Part shown: in pieces, positions 1-15,338 of the stretch
How the letters are laid out: every line of letters begins with the position of its first letter
How positions within the stretch are numbered: the first letter of the stretch is position 1
Assembly (NCBI GenBank): GCA_016906335.1
Contig: JADEYG010000003.1
Coordinates: forward strand, 1,302,001-1,366,000
Direction: 5' to 3'
DNA: 64,000 nt
DNA from: Novakomyces olei
Taxonomy: Eukaryota
Position numbers and translations under genes: made by a program
Notes under the pieces: generated by a model
What the model was told of the DNA's origin: nothing
What the model saw: the letters and a program-made list of their open reading frames with translations, nothing else
Database searches by the model: none

Positions 1-1575
1 CAGGCGAAATCGTACGTGAGCTGCATGAACAGGGCAAATTTTCACAGCTCTTGCAACATGATCAACTGTTCGATCAGATAAAGCTTAATAATTCCTTTAC
101 AAATTTTCACGAGGCACCAATAACGTTTCCGGCCACGTTCAAGTACGACAAAGGCACAAGCGTCTTTGATACGAGTGAAAAGAATCGGGTCCCGAGTTGG
201 ACAGACCGGATTCTTTACAGCTCAGAGCGCGTTTCTCCCGAGCAGTATGATAGTGTAATGAGTCTGGTGGACAGCGATCACAAGCCCATTTTCCTGCAGT
301 GTGCTACGCCCACACTGGCGATTGTGGAATCTCGATACAGAATTGTACGTGACCTAGTTCAGCGTAGACTCGACCTCTTCGAGAATGCCGTATTGCCCAA
401 ACTCGACCAGGATAAAGACGTGTCTGACTTGTCTACTGTTCTTTTCCGCACTGGAAGTCGAGCGGCCTTTCGCCTCGAGAATAAAGGTCCAGTTGACTGT
501 TTTTTCACCATTCAAATAGTCTGCTCAATAGGTGAACTGGCAAAGTCTTTCTCCGTTCAGCCGCAAACTGGCACTGTAAAACGCAGCCAGTCAGTGACGG
601 TTAATTTGCAATTATATGTAGCTCACCAACTGCCCGATCCCGCTGATGGTGCGTTTGAACTGTTTGCTGTTACACACATTGTGGGTGGACAAGATTTATT
701 TCATTCTATTAGAGGCGAATATGTCTCTACTTTTCTGGGCAAAAGTCTGCAGGCACTGGTGAAGCAAGATGAAGAAGCAGGGATCGTTTCAGCTTCGTCT
801 TTGCCTCACGTCCTGTACCGGCTGTTTAATTTTTTGATGAGTTATGCTGTCAAAGAGGTAAGATGAGGCGGAGTTTGTTCCACAGAAAACAAAACATTGT
901 TAATCATATAAATTGGATTAATACAACCTTCACAAAATAAAGATTCAGGATTTGCTAATCTTCATAGCCCGGTCTATTTGTCGAGTCTAGTTCTCCGGAG
1001 GAACGAGCCAAATTCCTGCAACGTTTGAGTTTAGGGCAGAATATAGATGAGCTGGTTGGAGACGCAGAGACTTCGCGTCCGTGGATCTTGGCTGCAGGCA
1101 AAGTTCTTTTGGAATTTTTTGAAGCCTTGCCCTCTCCGTTTATAAAGGCGGACGAACTCGAACAGTGCGCCGCTGCGGCTGAAGGGTCGCCTGAGAGTGT
1201 ATGCGATTGATATGAATTTGTTGTTTTCTATCAATAAATTGTTTATTTATTTATTTATTTATTCATTTATTTATTCATTTATTTTATTCAATCGCTAACA
1301 AGTTGTAAAGGCGGTTGACATTCTTGATCCAATCAAGACAAATATACTAATGACATTCTGTGGCTTTTTCAAGATCCATGTGCAATCTCTCAATATGAGT
1401 CGGGGAGAAATTCGACAGATTGGTGAGCAATGACCGCACAATATTTCCATAGCTAATACTTTTAGTCAATCTCTGCGCGAGATCGATGTTTTGTCAGGAC
1501 GTCAAAAGTAGCCGCGCGGCAGTGAATACAGGAGTGCGATTAATACTGTCTATAGCCGGCGTGCCTGAAGAATAG
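1..1575 (+). CDS. OCRL/INPP5B-like inositol polyphosphate 5-phosphatase with ASH and RhoGAP-like C-terminus (5' partial; exons <1-857, 968-1198, 1311-1422, 1466-1575)
   Basis: 5-phosphatase motifs FPATFKYD, RVPSWTDRIL and SDHKP, then an Ig-like segment (FSVQPQTGTV) and RhoGAP-like motifs (LPHVLYRL..FL, PGLF, LLEFFEALPSP). GT-AG introns with CTAAY branch points keep the frame to TAG at 1573-1575. Confidence 0.8.
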
Positions 1576-1801
1576 CTTAATCAGGTGGGCTTTTGATTAT
1601 TGGACCTGTTTGATTTTAGACGATTTTGTAATATATTTCAAGCAATGCTAGATTTTGATATTTGTTCTAATGTAATTGACATCACACACCAAAACCTTTT
1701 GGTACAATTGAATTTCAAGTCACAATTCCAAGTTCATTATTTGTTGCTCTGATCGCAAATGCATCAATGAATCATTTCGAGCGCGTAAACAGCCGGGCTA
1801 C

Positions 1802-2747
1802 TTATAGCAAGTTGCTTACAACACTATCTAACCCCCCTTCATACTTGTTTAAGTCCTTTTGAGTTTTTATACCGAGTCGGCGAAGCACTTCAATCACTCG
1901 GCCACGAGAAAACCCCATACCTTCCAGCTGCTCTACCAGACCCAGGTCTATTCCGTACAGGGCAGCCTCGTCAGAAACAGCACTGTCATTACCACGTTTA
2001 GCAGCACTGGCATATGTATGAGCCCAGTACCTTGCCGTGTCCTCGAATCCCTTTTTGTCTCGTAAATAATGACTTGCTACCTCAGCATCTTGTGGATCAT
2101 TCGGTTCTGGAGAGCACAGTAGCGATTGCAAGCTGATGAGAGCGGATTTCAAAGTGAGAACGGGGGACCATTGGTCTTTCAAGATATCGAGGCAAATTGC
2201 CCCCGTAACACTGGATATATTGGGGTGATAAACTTTAGTTTCGAATTTCATCCGTGGCGGCTTGAACGGGTATTCGACAGGAACATCGATATTAACCGTA
2301 TAAATTCCGTCTATAATTGTTAAAATGCCTGGCTTGTCTCTAACCTTTGACTATTACCTTCGTAAGGCGTTTCCGGTGGGCCTTTGAACCGTCCTGTGTA
2401 TGACGCGTTAGAAGTCGAATAGAGATAGACGTCTGGAAAGTATGTCCACGTTATACATGGACAAGCTTTTCTTCACTCTTTATCCATTTCTTCTCTCTTT
2501 ATCATTTTCTTCTCTCTTTATCATAATCTTCTCTCTTCATCCTCCGTACCTTTTAGTTTTGCTACAAAAAGTTAGTCAGCGATGAGATTTAAAAACGTTG
2601 CTACTCACTCAAGTTGGAATCAATTATTTCTAATTCGACACCGGACGTTTTGTCTTTAAAGCAGTCTGGAAGTGTAAGCGGCCTCGATCGTAGAGACACA
2701 TCAATACCATCAATTTCTTTCCGTAATCTTCGCGATCGTGGGTCCAT
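1802..2747 (-). CDS. UBC1: Ubiquitin-conjugating enzyme E2-25K/Ubc1 with C-terminal UBA (exons 2747-2708, 2665-2609, 2561-2550, 2393-2358, 2310-1802)
   Basis: [31 protein letters not shown] and a UBA-like EGMGFSR tail. The spliced model is in frame from ATG 2747. Confidence 0.92.
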
Positions 2748-3074
2748 CTCGATTCGTCTTTAAGCCGAGAATTATTTGCAATGATCCCCTATTGCTCTTC
2801 AATTTGCCGTTTAGCTAGTGACGATGACACCGTATTTGCCAATATAAAATTCAGTGTATAAAAACACCGTTACAAATCCATATAATTGGCCAGCTGGCGG
2901 GTATACTATCTTTTTCACCGCACTAATGATATCAGGGGAATGAATAACCTTATGATAACTAACCCTAACCCTCGGAACTGATAACAGCTGGGTATTACTA
3001 ATACCGTTTATTCTGTCAATTGAGCAATATTAAATCGCAAATACTATTATGGTACAGTATCTCCTGCCACACAA

Positions 3075-4794
3075 ATGGAGCAAACGCCAAAGGATTTGGA
3101 GTATATCGTGGGCCAATTGAAGGACTATGCTTTCTACACAGCATTAGCAATTAGGCCGCCTCCTTCAGGTGCAGAGGATTTGGATAATGCCGCCTTAATA
3201 CACGCGCCTATTACTATATACCCTTCGCCTTTCCCGCGTCGGCAGTTGGCGCTTGCGCGTGAAGTTCAAACTGCTTACAACCGACTGTACCAGCTCGTAT
3301 CGCAAGACACAAAGTTTTTGCTTTCTATCATCGAACCGTACTGTATCTTTTTTTTTCTACTTTTTCTTTTTTTAGTTTTAATTTTAATTTATTGTTTTAG
3401 CGTTTGACTAATGGGACCAGCATTGCGAAGGTCGATCCTTTTACTCGTGATCTTTTAAGTGTGCATGAGCGCGTAATAGCTAATGGTGGGTACCGTCACC
3501 AATTGGCTCTCGGAGTGTTTCGCTCGGATTATTTGCTTCAGTCGTCTCGGGGCACAGAGTCGATAAAGCAGGTCGAGTTCAATACTGTATCCGTTTCTTT
3601 TGGGGGTCTATCTCCTCGCGTTGCTCGAGCTCACAAGTATGTTGATCTCAGCCATGTACTGCCATGGTTGAATATTTATTTTGATGTTTGGTCCACCCAT
3701 TGTTTTATTCTCTTTTTGCCATGTATTTTCAGTTTTATTTTTTAGTTTTATTTGATTTGAAGCAACTAATTCCAAGGTATCTCGCCAAAATTGGTGCCTA
3801 CAAGGGCATTATTTCCAAAGAGAGCATTGTAGAGACCCGGGTTGATCGTGGAATTGCTGCCTCACTTGACGCGGCTGCCAGAGCTTATGATAAACTTTAT
3901 TCTGTATCAAGCATAGTCCTTTTCATCGTACAGCCAGGCGAGCGTAATATCATGGATCAGCGAGTTATCGAGTTTTCATTGTTGGAAGAGTATGATTGAA
4001 TTTTTTTTTTTTTAATCAAATTATTAATTCTTAGATTTGCCGTGCTGGCGTACAGGGCTTCGCTAGCAGAAATTGTGGCAAAAACCAAAGTAACTTCAGA
4101 GGGTGCGCTCTTCTTCCGGGAAACACCCTCCTCCACTTGGAAAGAAGTATCAGTCGTATACTATCGGGCCGGTTACACACCAGATGATTATACTTCTAAC
4201 GCGGACTGGACTGCCCGGTATACTTTGGAGGCTTCACGGGCTATAAAGTGCCCTACCATTCTCACGCATTTAGCTGGAGCCAAAAAAGTGCAACAAGTCT
4301 TAGCAGAGACGGGGATGTTGGAACAATTTCTAAAGGAAGGAGACATTGTCGACAAGGTGAGAGCAACATTTGCTGAATTGCATACTTTAGATACGTCGTC
4401 TCAAGGCCTGGCAGCTCGACGATTGGCGTTAGAGCAGCCCGAGACTTTTGTACTTAAGCCGCAACGTGAAGGAGGCGGCAATAACGTTTACCGAACAAAA
4501 ATTCCTCCATTCTTAAAGTCTATACCGGAAGATCATTGGTCGGGGTACATTTTAATGGAGCTTATCGAACCTCCGCCTTTAGTAAATAGTATCCTCCGCG
4601 CTGGTAAGGTTCAAAGTGGCAGTGTTATTGATGAGATCGGTATTTTTGGCGATATTTTGTGGGACGTGAAGACTGGTCAAGAGGTACGAAACACAGAGTT
4701 TGGATATCTTTGCCGTACAAAAGGCCGTGAGAGTGAAGAAGGCGGTGTGGCCGCTGGGTTTGGAGCTGTCGGCGCTCTTTACACTACGGATTGA
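3075..4794 (+). CDS. GSH2: Glutathione synthetase (4 exons)
   Basis: RSDYL, KQVEFNTVSVSFGGL, VVYYRAGY, VLKPQREGGGNN and EGGVAAGFG motifs across ORF pieces joined by GT-AG introns. Confidence 0.95.
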
Positions 4795-5314
4795 TTAGAA
4801 AATACGTAAAGTTATGGTCAGAGCCCAATTTAGTAGCAATCGGGATAGCACTGGGCTGGAGTGGAGTCTTTGATTTATCGGAATTGAGGCCAAGCATATT
4901 GGTTATTACTACCTGTAAATGTGCAATTGTTTCCATAGGGTCTAGTGCTTTGCATACGTGATTATAGGCATATCTATTCTTGTTTCCTCACAGAATTCAT
5001 GCACCGTTCAGGCCGGAATTGACACAAGACTTGATATGATTATTGGCGCTTTATGTTTAGAGGCAAACTATGGTTGTTACGTACTCTAGTCGTATACAAC
5101 TATGATAGCTAATTTAGCAGTAGCGTTACTTGTAGCCTTCTCCTGTACTGACCTGTTATATTTGTGCTTTTTTCCGTGTTTATAACACGGTTCATATAGT
5201 ACGAAGCATTATTTGGCGTATGATTCACAGTGAAATAAATACCGCCATATTATGTTTTCTCTATAATATTTATATTTTGCTAATTGATGACGCGGACGGC
5301 ATCGTAAAACCATA

Positions 5315-6759
5315 ATGGTAAGAAGGCTTCAATAAACGAATGCTAAAGCAGTAGGGTAACGCTCAATCTGGAGGACTACCGCCCTTTGGAGGCCCCGGCA
5401 AGGATGGAGATAAAAAGGTAAACTGGTTTGATGGTTTTTGTATTCTATTACGTTCCCTGTCCTAACGGAAATCAGAAGAACGAGAAACCAAAATATGAGC
5501 CTCCCGTGGCCTCGCACATCGGTAAACGCAAGAAGCGAACGAACCAAACGGCCGATTCGGCTACAAGATTACCGACCGTGCTGCCAAACACGCGATGCAA
5601 ATTGAGGCTTCTTAAAATGCAGAGAGTACACGATCATTTGTTAATGGAAGAGGAGTATATAAAGAACCAGGAAATTCTGCGCCCGCAAGACGAAAAGTCT
5701 CAGGAGGAACGTAACCGCGTGGATGATATGCGCGGAAGCCCTATGACTGTCGGCACTTTGGAAGAGATTATTGATGATGATCATGCTATAGTGTCCTCTG
5801 CAGCTGGACCCGAATACTATGTTTCTATCATGAGCTTTGTCGACAAGGATCAGCTTGAGCCAGGGTGCAGTGTCCTGTTACACCATAAAGCTGTGGCTAT
5901 AGTAGGAGTGCTTTCAGACGACACGAACCCAATGGTCAATGTTATGAAGCTGGATAAAGCTCCTACTGAGAGCTATGCTGACATTGGAGGCTGTGAGTCT
6001 CAGATTCAGGAAGTTAAAGAGGCGGTAGAGCTTCCGCTTACTCATCCGGAACTGTACGAAGAAATGGGTATCGCTCCTCCCAAGGGTGTTATCCTTTACG
6101 GAGCTCCCGGTACGGGAAAGACTTTACTGGCAAAAGCAGTAGCTCACCAGACAAGTGCAACTTTTCTCCGCGTTGTTGGCAGTGAATTAATTCAAAAGTA
6201 CTTGGGCGAAGGTCCGAAACTGATTCGCGAACTGTTTAGGACGGCTCAAGATAACTCTCCTTCTATAATCTTCATCGACGAGATTGATGCTATTGGTACG
6301 AAGCGGTATGATGCTCAGTCTGGAGCGGAACGTGAAATTCAGCGTACTATGCTCGAGCTGCTCAATCAGCTCGATGGGTTTGATAATATGCGTGACGTTA
6401 AGGTATTGATGGCAACAAACCGGATCGCTGACCTTGATCCGGCCCTTATCCGTCCCGGTCGAATTGACCGCAAGATCCTGTTTGAAAACCCTGATGAGCA
6501 AACCAAACGCAAGATCTTTCAGATTCACACGGCAAAGATGAACCTCGACGATAGTGTAACCAATGGAGGATTGGAAGAACTGATAACGAGCAAGGACGAT
6601 TTGTCTGGCGCGGAGATCAAAGCAATTGTGACGGAGGCAGGCCTACTGGCTCTTCGTGAGCGACGGATGCGTGTAACGATGGCCGATTTTAGGGAAGCGC
6701 GAGAAAAAGTGCTCAAGACAAAGAACGAATCTGGGCCGGAAGGCGGGCTTTACCTGTAA
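5315..6759 (+). CDS. RPT2: 26S proteasome AAA-ATPase subunit 4 (exons 5315-5317, 5355-5417, 5476-6759)
   Basis: GAPGTGKT Walker A, IFIDEID, C-terminal GLYL HbYX tail. The spliced N-terminus MGNAQS fits the known Rpt2 N-myristoylation motif. Confidence 0.96.
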
Positions 6760-7417
6760 TTTGTAAAGGCAGAGAGATTGTAGTCATTTATCAATACTTT
6801 AAACTATAAGAATAACAACAAGTCTACAGAGAAAGAGCTGAAACAATTCAGTAGAGAGTTTTTTGTCCCATTTTAGTAGGGTAAGGCTATATCCGGTTCC
6901 TTTATATAGGACTTTGTCACTGTCGAAATTGGATCAGTACACCGTTTGGGTTTGCTGAGGCGAAAAGTATACCACTTGCGAGAACGCGGTCATTTTACAA
7001 AGCAATTTCTATCACGCTGAACTAGTCACAATAGACTTGATTATGGAGAAAAGATCTGTGTGCCACCCGTACGTATAATAATTGTTGTACTACGAAAACC
7101 GACCAAAATTATGAAATAAAGTCATAAAACAATGATATTCTCTATAGCGCTACAGTACAGTAAGACACTTTTATACGTTATATATATCTAATATATATAT
7201 ATATATATACAGCACACGCGGCCATAAAAATAACGATACTCTGGTTCGCATATAGTAATACATGTATTGGGGTGTAAGTAGTCTCCGTCATACTAACGCG
7301 TCGCCTCCTCAAAGAGATTAGGCGTTCGTTCGCGTCAACGGCTGATTAACAAGGCGGCATTGAGTCGAGAATTATACTTAATAAAGAATAAAGCTGCCGA
7401 CGGCCGCGGCTGAGAGA

Positions 7418-10753
<3,336 letters not shown>

Positions 10754-12018
10754 GGGGACCAGTAATTACTCGCCAAACAAAAAGTTAAGAAAGTCAAGAG
10801 ATTTTACAAGCTAAAGATGAAAGAAAAGGAACTGTTTTGGAATGTTTGGCGGCTTGCCTTGGGATTCATGGATTAACCTTTTGAATATTCCTAATTGCTT
10901 GTTCATTATTTTGTGTCGGGTATATGTTATATTATATTTTACTTTTTCTTGCGACCGTAATATGGACTTTAATATGGATTCCGCGGTTTTGCCATCGAAA
11001 ATTTAATGTCATGGCACTTACTTTATTTTGTAGTTATGCACAGGGTGTTTTTATCTGTATAGGTTCAAAATGATTTTATTTGCAAGAATAGCAACAGTGC
11101 AGTCAGTGGCCCTTGCAGGCTTCTATTTAATATTGTCAAGGTATGTCTTCACAAATGTCTTTTATTTGTGTCGTAATCCTTTCTGCTCTTTCTTTTGTAA
11201 AGTATTTCAACTTTCATGAGACTGTATACGATGCATGACGTGCGGAGACAGGAACATTCATATCTTTAGTGTAATGCATTAAAGCAAATTAGCCTTCAAC
11301 ATTATACATCCTTGCATAGCTCTGACGGCTTCTGAATCAAGAGATCGCTCGAACGAGATTTCACATGTTCGCTGTTTTTCATTGCAAATTACCAGTCTGA
11401 ACATAATCAAGACCGCGCGGACTGTGACGGCGCGCTTGTAACGTGACAAGCAGACGCGTAAATTGAACAAGTCACGTGATCAACACTGTTTCTTGCTTTT
11501 ATAAATTATTTATTGCACGCACATATACAGCTATTATTTCTTAAAATTGTCAAGTAGAGGTAATCCTTAGATATTTGGAGTATTCGAACATTTCAGTCCA
11601 CGCGGACGGCCGTTTAATTCTTGGTAGCGCAATTTGTACCGCCCTTTCACTTGGGTGCAGGTGGTTTGTTTTTCATACGCAATGGAATTGAAATTCTTAG
11701 ATTTTTATTTGTATCATATTGTAGATGAGTGTATAACTAGTCTTTGACAAAGATGCTGTAGATGGTGGTGTGAACAAGAGCATCCGTTGATACAAACAGC
11801 AAACAAGCGAATTATAAATATTAATTAATGAATAAATAAATAAATAAAGCATAAATCAATTTATTGCGCAAAACAACAACAACTGCTTACAAACTTATTG
11901 GACTGCAACGTCGGACGTTTCAAATATCTCATTCAGCTTTGGGTATTCAAAATAAACCCTAACCCTTGATTGCCATTTTTTATTATCATTACATGGTCCC
12001 ATCCCCTTTAAATGTGTG

Positions 12019-13920
12019 CTAATCCGCCCAGTGCGAGCGCGAACGAATCTGTTTGCCGTAGCGGACAAGTATAAAAGGCACAACCGATAAAATTGCCGCC
12101 ACAAACCCCAGTAGACTGCACGCCCAGGGCACGCCAAGATTATGGAACATTCGATCCGTTAGCATGCAAAAAATAAAGGCAACAATCGCCCGCAAGAATG
12201 CATTGGCTGCGAGGGCACTCGCTGCCCACCGCGGGAACGTATCACCCAGGTATGACTGTGCTTGTATAAAAATTAAACTAAAAGAAAACCCAACGAAAGC
12301 GCCGCCCACGCATTGAACGATCCAGTGTGTATAATGAGCCCAGCCAAACCAAAACAGTCCGATCGGAAAAGTAATGCCTCCAATCTGTGTGGGCACCATT
12401 CGCTCTTCCGGATCTGCCCGAATACCCTTGCGTTCAATATTGCGTCGGTACCGAGGATTGAAAAGAGCAACAAGCGTGGTTGCACAGACAATGCCTACAA
12501 AAACGGAAACAAAAGGCAGAGCACCGACTCCCGGTCTCCAGCCACGGTGCTCTTCAAATTCAATAGGAAAAGCGGAAAGAATAGCGTACTGCACACCGTA
12601 GCAAAGGGCCACATGGACACTGATAAACAGAATAATACTGTCGGTAAACAGCATCTTTAATGGTCGCATAATTTGCCGGGTAGCCAATTCCTTGATGGAT
12701 ATCGTCTCCAAGTCCAGAGCGGCATAGTAATAAGGAGCATCCGGATCATCTCCCTTAGCAGCTTGCGCCCGTAACCGTTTTGCCCTTTTCTGTAAGATTA
12801 TCGGGTGGTAAGTCTCCGGTAAGAAAACAAGGCCTAAAGCTCCAACTGCCCCGGCAAAAATAACCACTATCCACGAAGTCCATCGCCAACCAATCGAGCT
12901 TTGCACAATAAACCCACCGATAATCGGACCCGTACAGGGCCCAGCAAAAGTTGCCACGGAAAAGAAAGCAAGAGCATAGCCCAAGTAAGAAGGCGGGTAC
13001 ATGTCTACAAGGCAGCCCGGAGCTACGGAGAAAGTGCTTGAGGCAAACACGCCACCCAGAAACCGGCATATGGCAATAGTGTAGAAATTACGGGACACAC
13101 TTACCCCGACTTGCAGGAGAATGTAGCAGGCAAAAGCAGGTACAAGGGCCCAGTACCGGCCATAACATTCAGACAAGGGCGAAAACACTACGGGTCCAAC
13201 AGCAAAAGCCAAAACAAAAAGCGCCAAACCCAGAAGTGAAACTTGAACATCCACTCCAAACTGCTGGGCAATTGGTCCAACGGCACTAGAGTAGGTAGAG
13301 GACCCGAGAGAGCAGGCCAGTGTCATTATAATAACAATTATAGTAACTCCAATCTTACGGCCAGAAGACCAATTGTACGGGCACTCTGGATCATCTGGAC
13401 CGGACCATTCAACTAGAGTCCTTGGCGTTTTGCCTTCACCTGTCTCTTGCATGGAAGCAGCGTGACGTGAAACGACGCGAGTAAGTTGGTACTCCAAATC
13501 TCCCCCGTCAGTTTCGTCATTTGCCTGCTTGAACGCTGAAGTGCTTTGGGCCATACTTAGCCGATGAGCAGAGATGCGACTGGCACTTCGCTCACGGGAA
13601 AGAGATGAGGCAAGATTAGAGGCCATTGAAGACGCTCGCCGACGATTTCGTGATCTGCCTCCTCCCGACTCTTGTCTTCCATCTAAAAAAGCCTCATCAT
13701 TCTTCTCTCCTTCTCCTCCATTTCTGTTATTTGTACTCGTTGACCGCCGGGCAGAACTGCCACTACGACGAATCCATTGCCACGTTCGGTCCTCTTGGCC
13801 ATTAGCCGCTGTTGGCTGTTCTGGTACACGAGCCTCGTCTTTGTCAGAGTACAAAGACGCAGATCGCCGCGTTGACTGCCGATTAAGGCCGCTGTCGCCA
13901 CTGTTTGATTCCTCTGCCAT
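12019..13920 (-). CDS. MFS drug:H+ antiporter (DHA1 family)
   Basis: WSGPDDPECPYNWS motif, PLSECYGR, WRW, PET motif; about 12 hydrophobic segments. Confidence 0.9.
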   Translation of the reverse strand: MAEESNSGDSGLNRQSTRRSASLYSDKDEARVPEQPTAANGQEDRTWQWIRRSGSSARRSTSTNNRNGGEGEKNDEAFLDGRQESGGGRSRNRRRASSMASNLASSLSRERSASRISAHRLSMAQSTSAFKQANDETDGGDLEYQLTRVVSRHAASMQETGEGKTPRTLVEWSGPDDPECPYNWSSGRKIGVTIIVIIMTLACSLGSSTYSSAVGPIAQQFGVDVQVSLLGLALFVLAFAVGPVVFSPLSECYGRYWALVPAFACYILLQVGVSVSRNFYTIAICRFLGGVFASSTFSVAPGCLVDMYPPSYLGYALAFFSVATFAGPCTGPIIGGFIVQSSIGWRWTSWIVVIFAGAVGALGLVFLPETYHPIILQKRAKRLRAQAAKGDDPDAPYYYAALDLETISIKELATRQIMRPLKMLFTDSIILFISVHVALCYGVQYAILSAFPIEFEEHRGWRPGVGALPFVSVFVGIVCATTLVALFNPRYRRNIERKGIRADPEERMVPTQIGGITFPIGLFWFGWAHYTHWIVQCVGGAFVGFSFSLIFIQAQSYLGDTFPRWAASALAANAFLRAIVAFIFCMLTDRMFHNLGVPWACSLLGFVAAILSVVPFILVRYGKQIRSRSHWAD

Positions 13921-15338
13921 TTTGCTCTCAAATAGCTTCAGAGGGTAGGGAGCACGATGCCTGCTCCTTCATTTGGGCGCTTGATTTTTTGTCGATTTGC
14001 GAGTTTGGGATGCTGTTTGTGGGATTAAGATAACCCTATTCCAGTTTAGTGTATCCTGGCCAAATAGTGTTGCATGGGTTACGATAGATGCGGTCGGGAT
14101 TATGGGGGTTATGGGCAAAGGATTTTGAACATCAATATATATATGGAGAGAGCGATAGAGAAGTGCTAAAGTTATACGATAGTACTACTAACTCACAACT
14201 CTGCTTGAGTGCATATAATTTTTTTTGTGCGCATACATATCTTTATTCTGTATACCACTTTTGAACACAATGATTGGTCCTGGAAATGCATTATTATTAT
14301 AATTGTTAACCACACGCAAGGTTCACAGCGCTTAAAAATGGGGTAATCTGGATCAGTAGAATAAAAGCTTTATACAAACATAGTGAACATGACTTGTGTA
14401 TGTATACATAAACACAAATATCCTGGCTGTGAAATAATCCATGTTTACTGGCTCGGGGTTAAACATAGTTTAATGTGGCAAATTAAAAATTATCGGGTGG
14501 ATTGCACGTATGCATTGAAAGAGAAGGCCGCATGTAATGTAACGGCAAATTCATATTGAGGTCAATTAGAGATCTATGGCTCATCCATTGACCTGCAGTA
14601 TTGAATCACGCGTTTAATAAAGGAAATCGAACGCATTTCTATATTCATACCTGCAAGATTTGGTTTTTTTGCACTCGAAGACGAATGATGCGGGGTAAAA
14701 TGTGCAAAAAGATTAATAGTTACAATGTGGCGCTTGAGCGGACAATACCATTAAAATGAGCGTCCGCTGACATCCGCTGATATGGAACATTTAAAAATTA
14801 CCGAGATACTGGCCTGCACGAGGTTACATGAAATCATGTCTTTTGCTGTATGAACTTGTATAGGAAGTAAAATTCCACGAAATGTGGAGAAGCCCAATGG
14901 CATATAACGAAGTGCTTATGCGCTGAAATGGTAAAATTGGTTTCAAGTCTACTGCAAGACTCTAAAAAAAAATTTCCATCAAAAATTGTATTCAAATCAC
15001 AAACGCTATCATCACGAGTGGTATCAAGTTAAAAAAAAAATCATCCCTTTTTAAAAGGATTCACGCAAAATTAACGAAATGTCGTCTATCCAAAGTAGCA
15101 TAAATGTTTAAAGAGAGAAGAGAAACATATAATGAAAATAAAATCGAAACAACAATGAAAACAGATGTAAAATTTCATCGAAAAATTTGAGAAATGATTC
15201 GGTACCAACATCTGCCAATTCAACAATGGTCAGTCGCAAGCATCAAGATTGCTTTGAAGTATATCAGCTGACAACCGATCAATAAAAGGCAAATAAGCTT
15301 GAGACAGACACGGAAACAAAAAGGTCCTCCAATCCACG

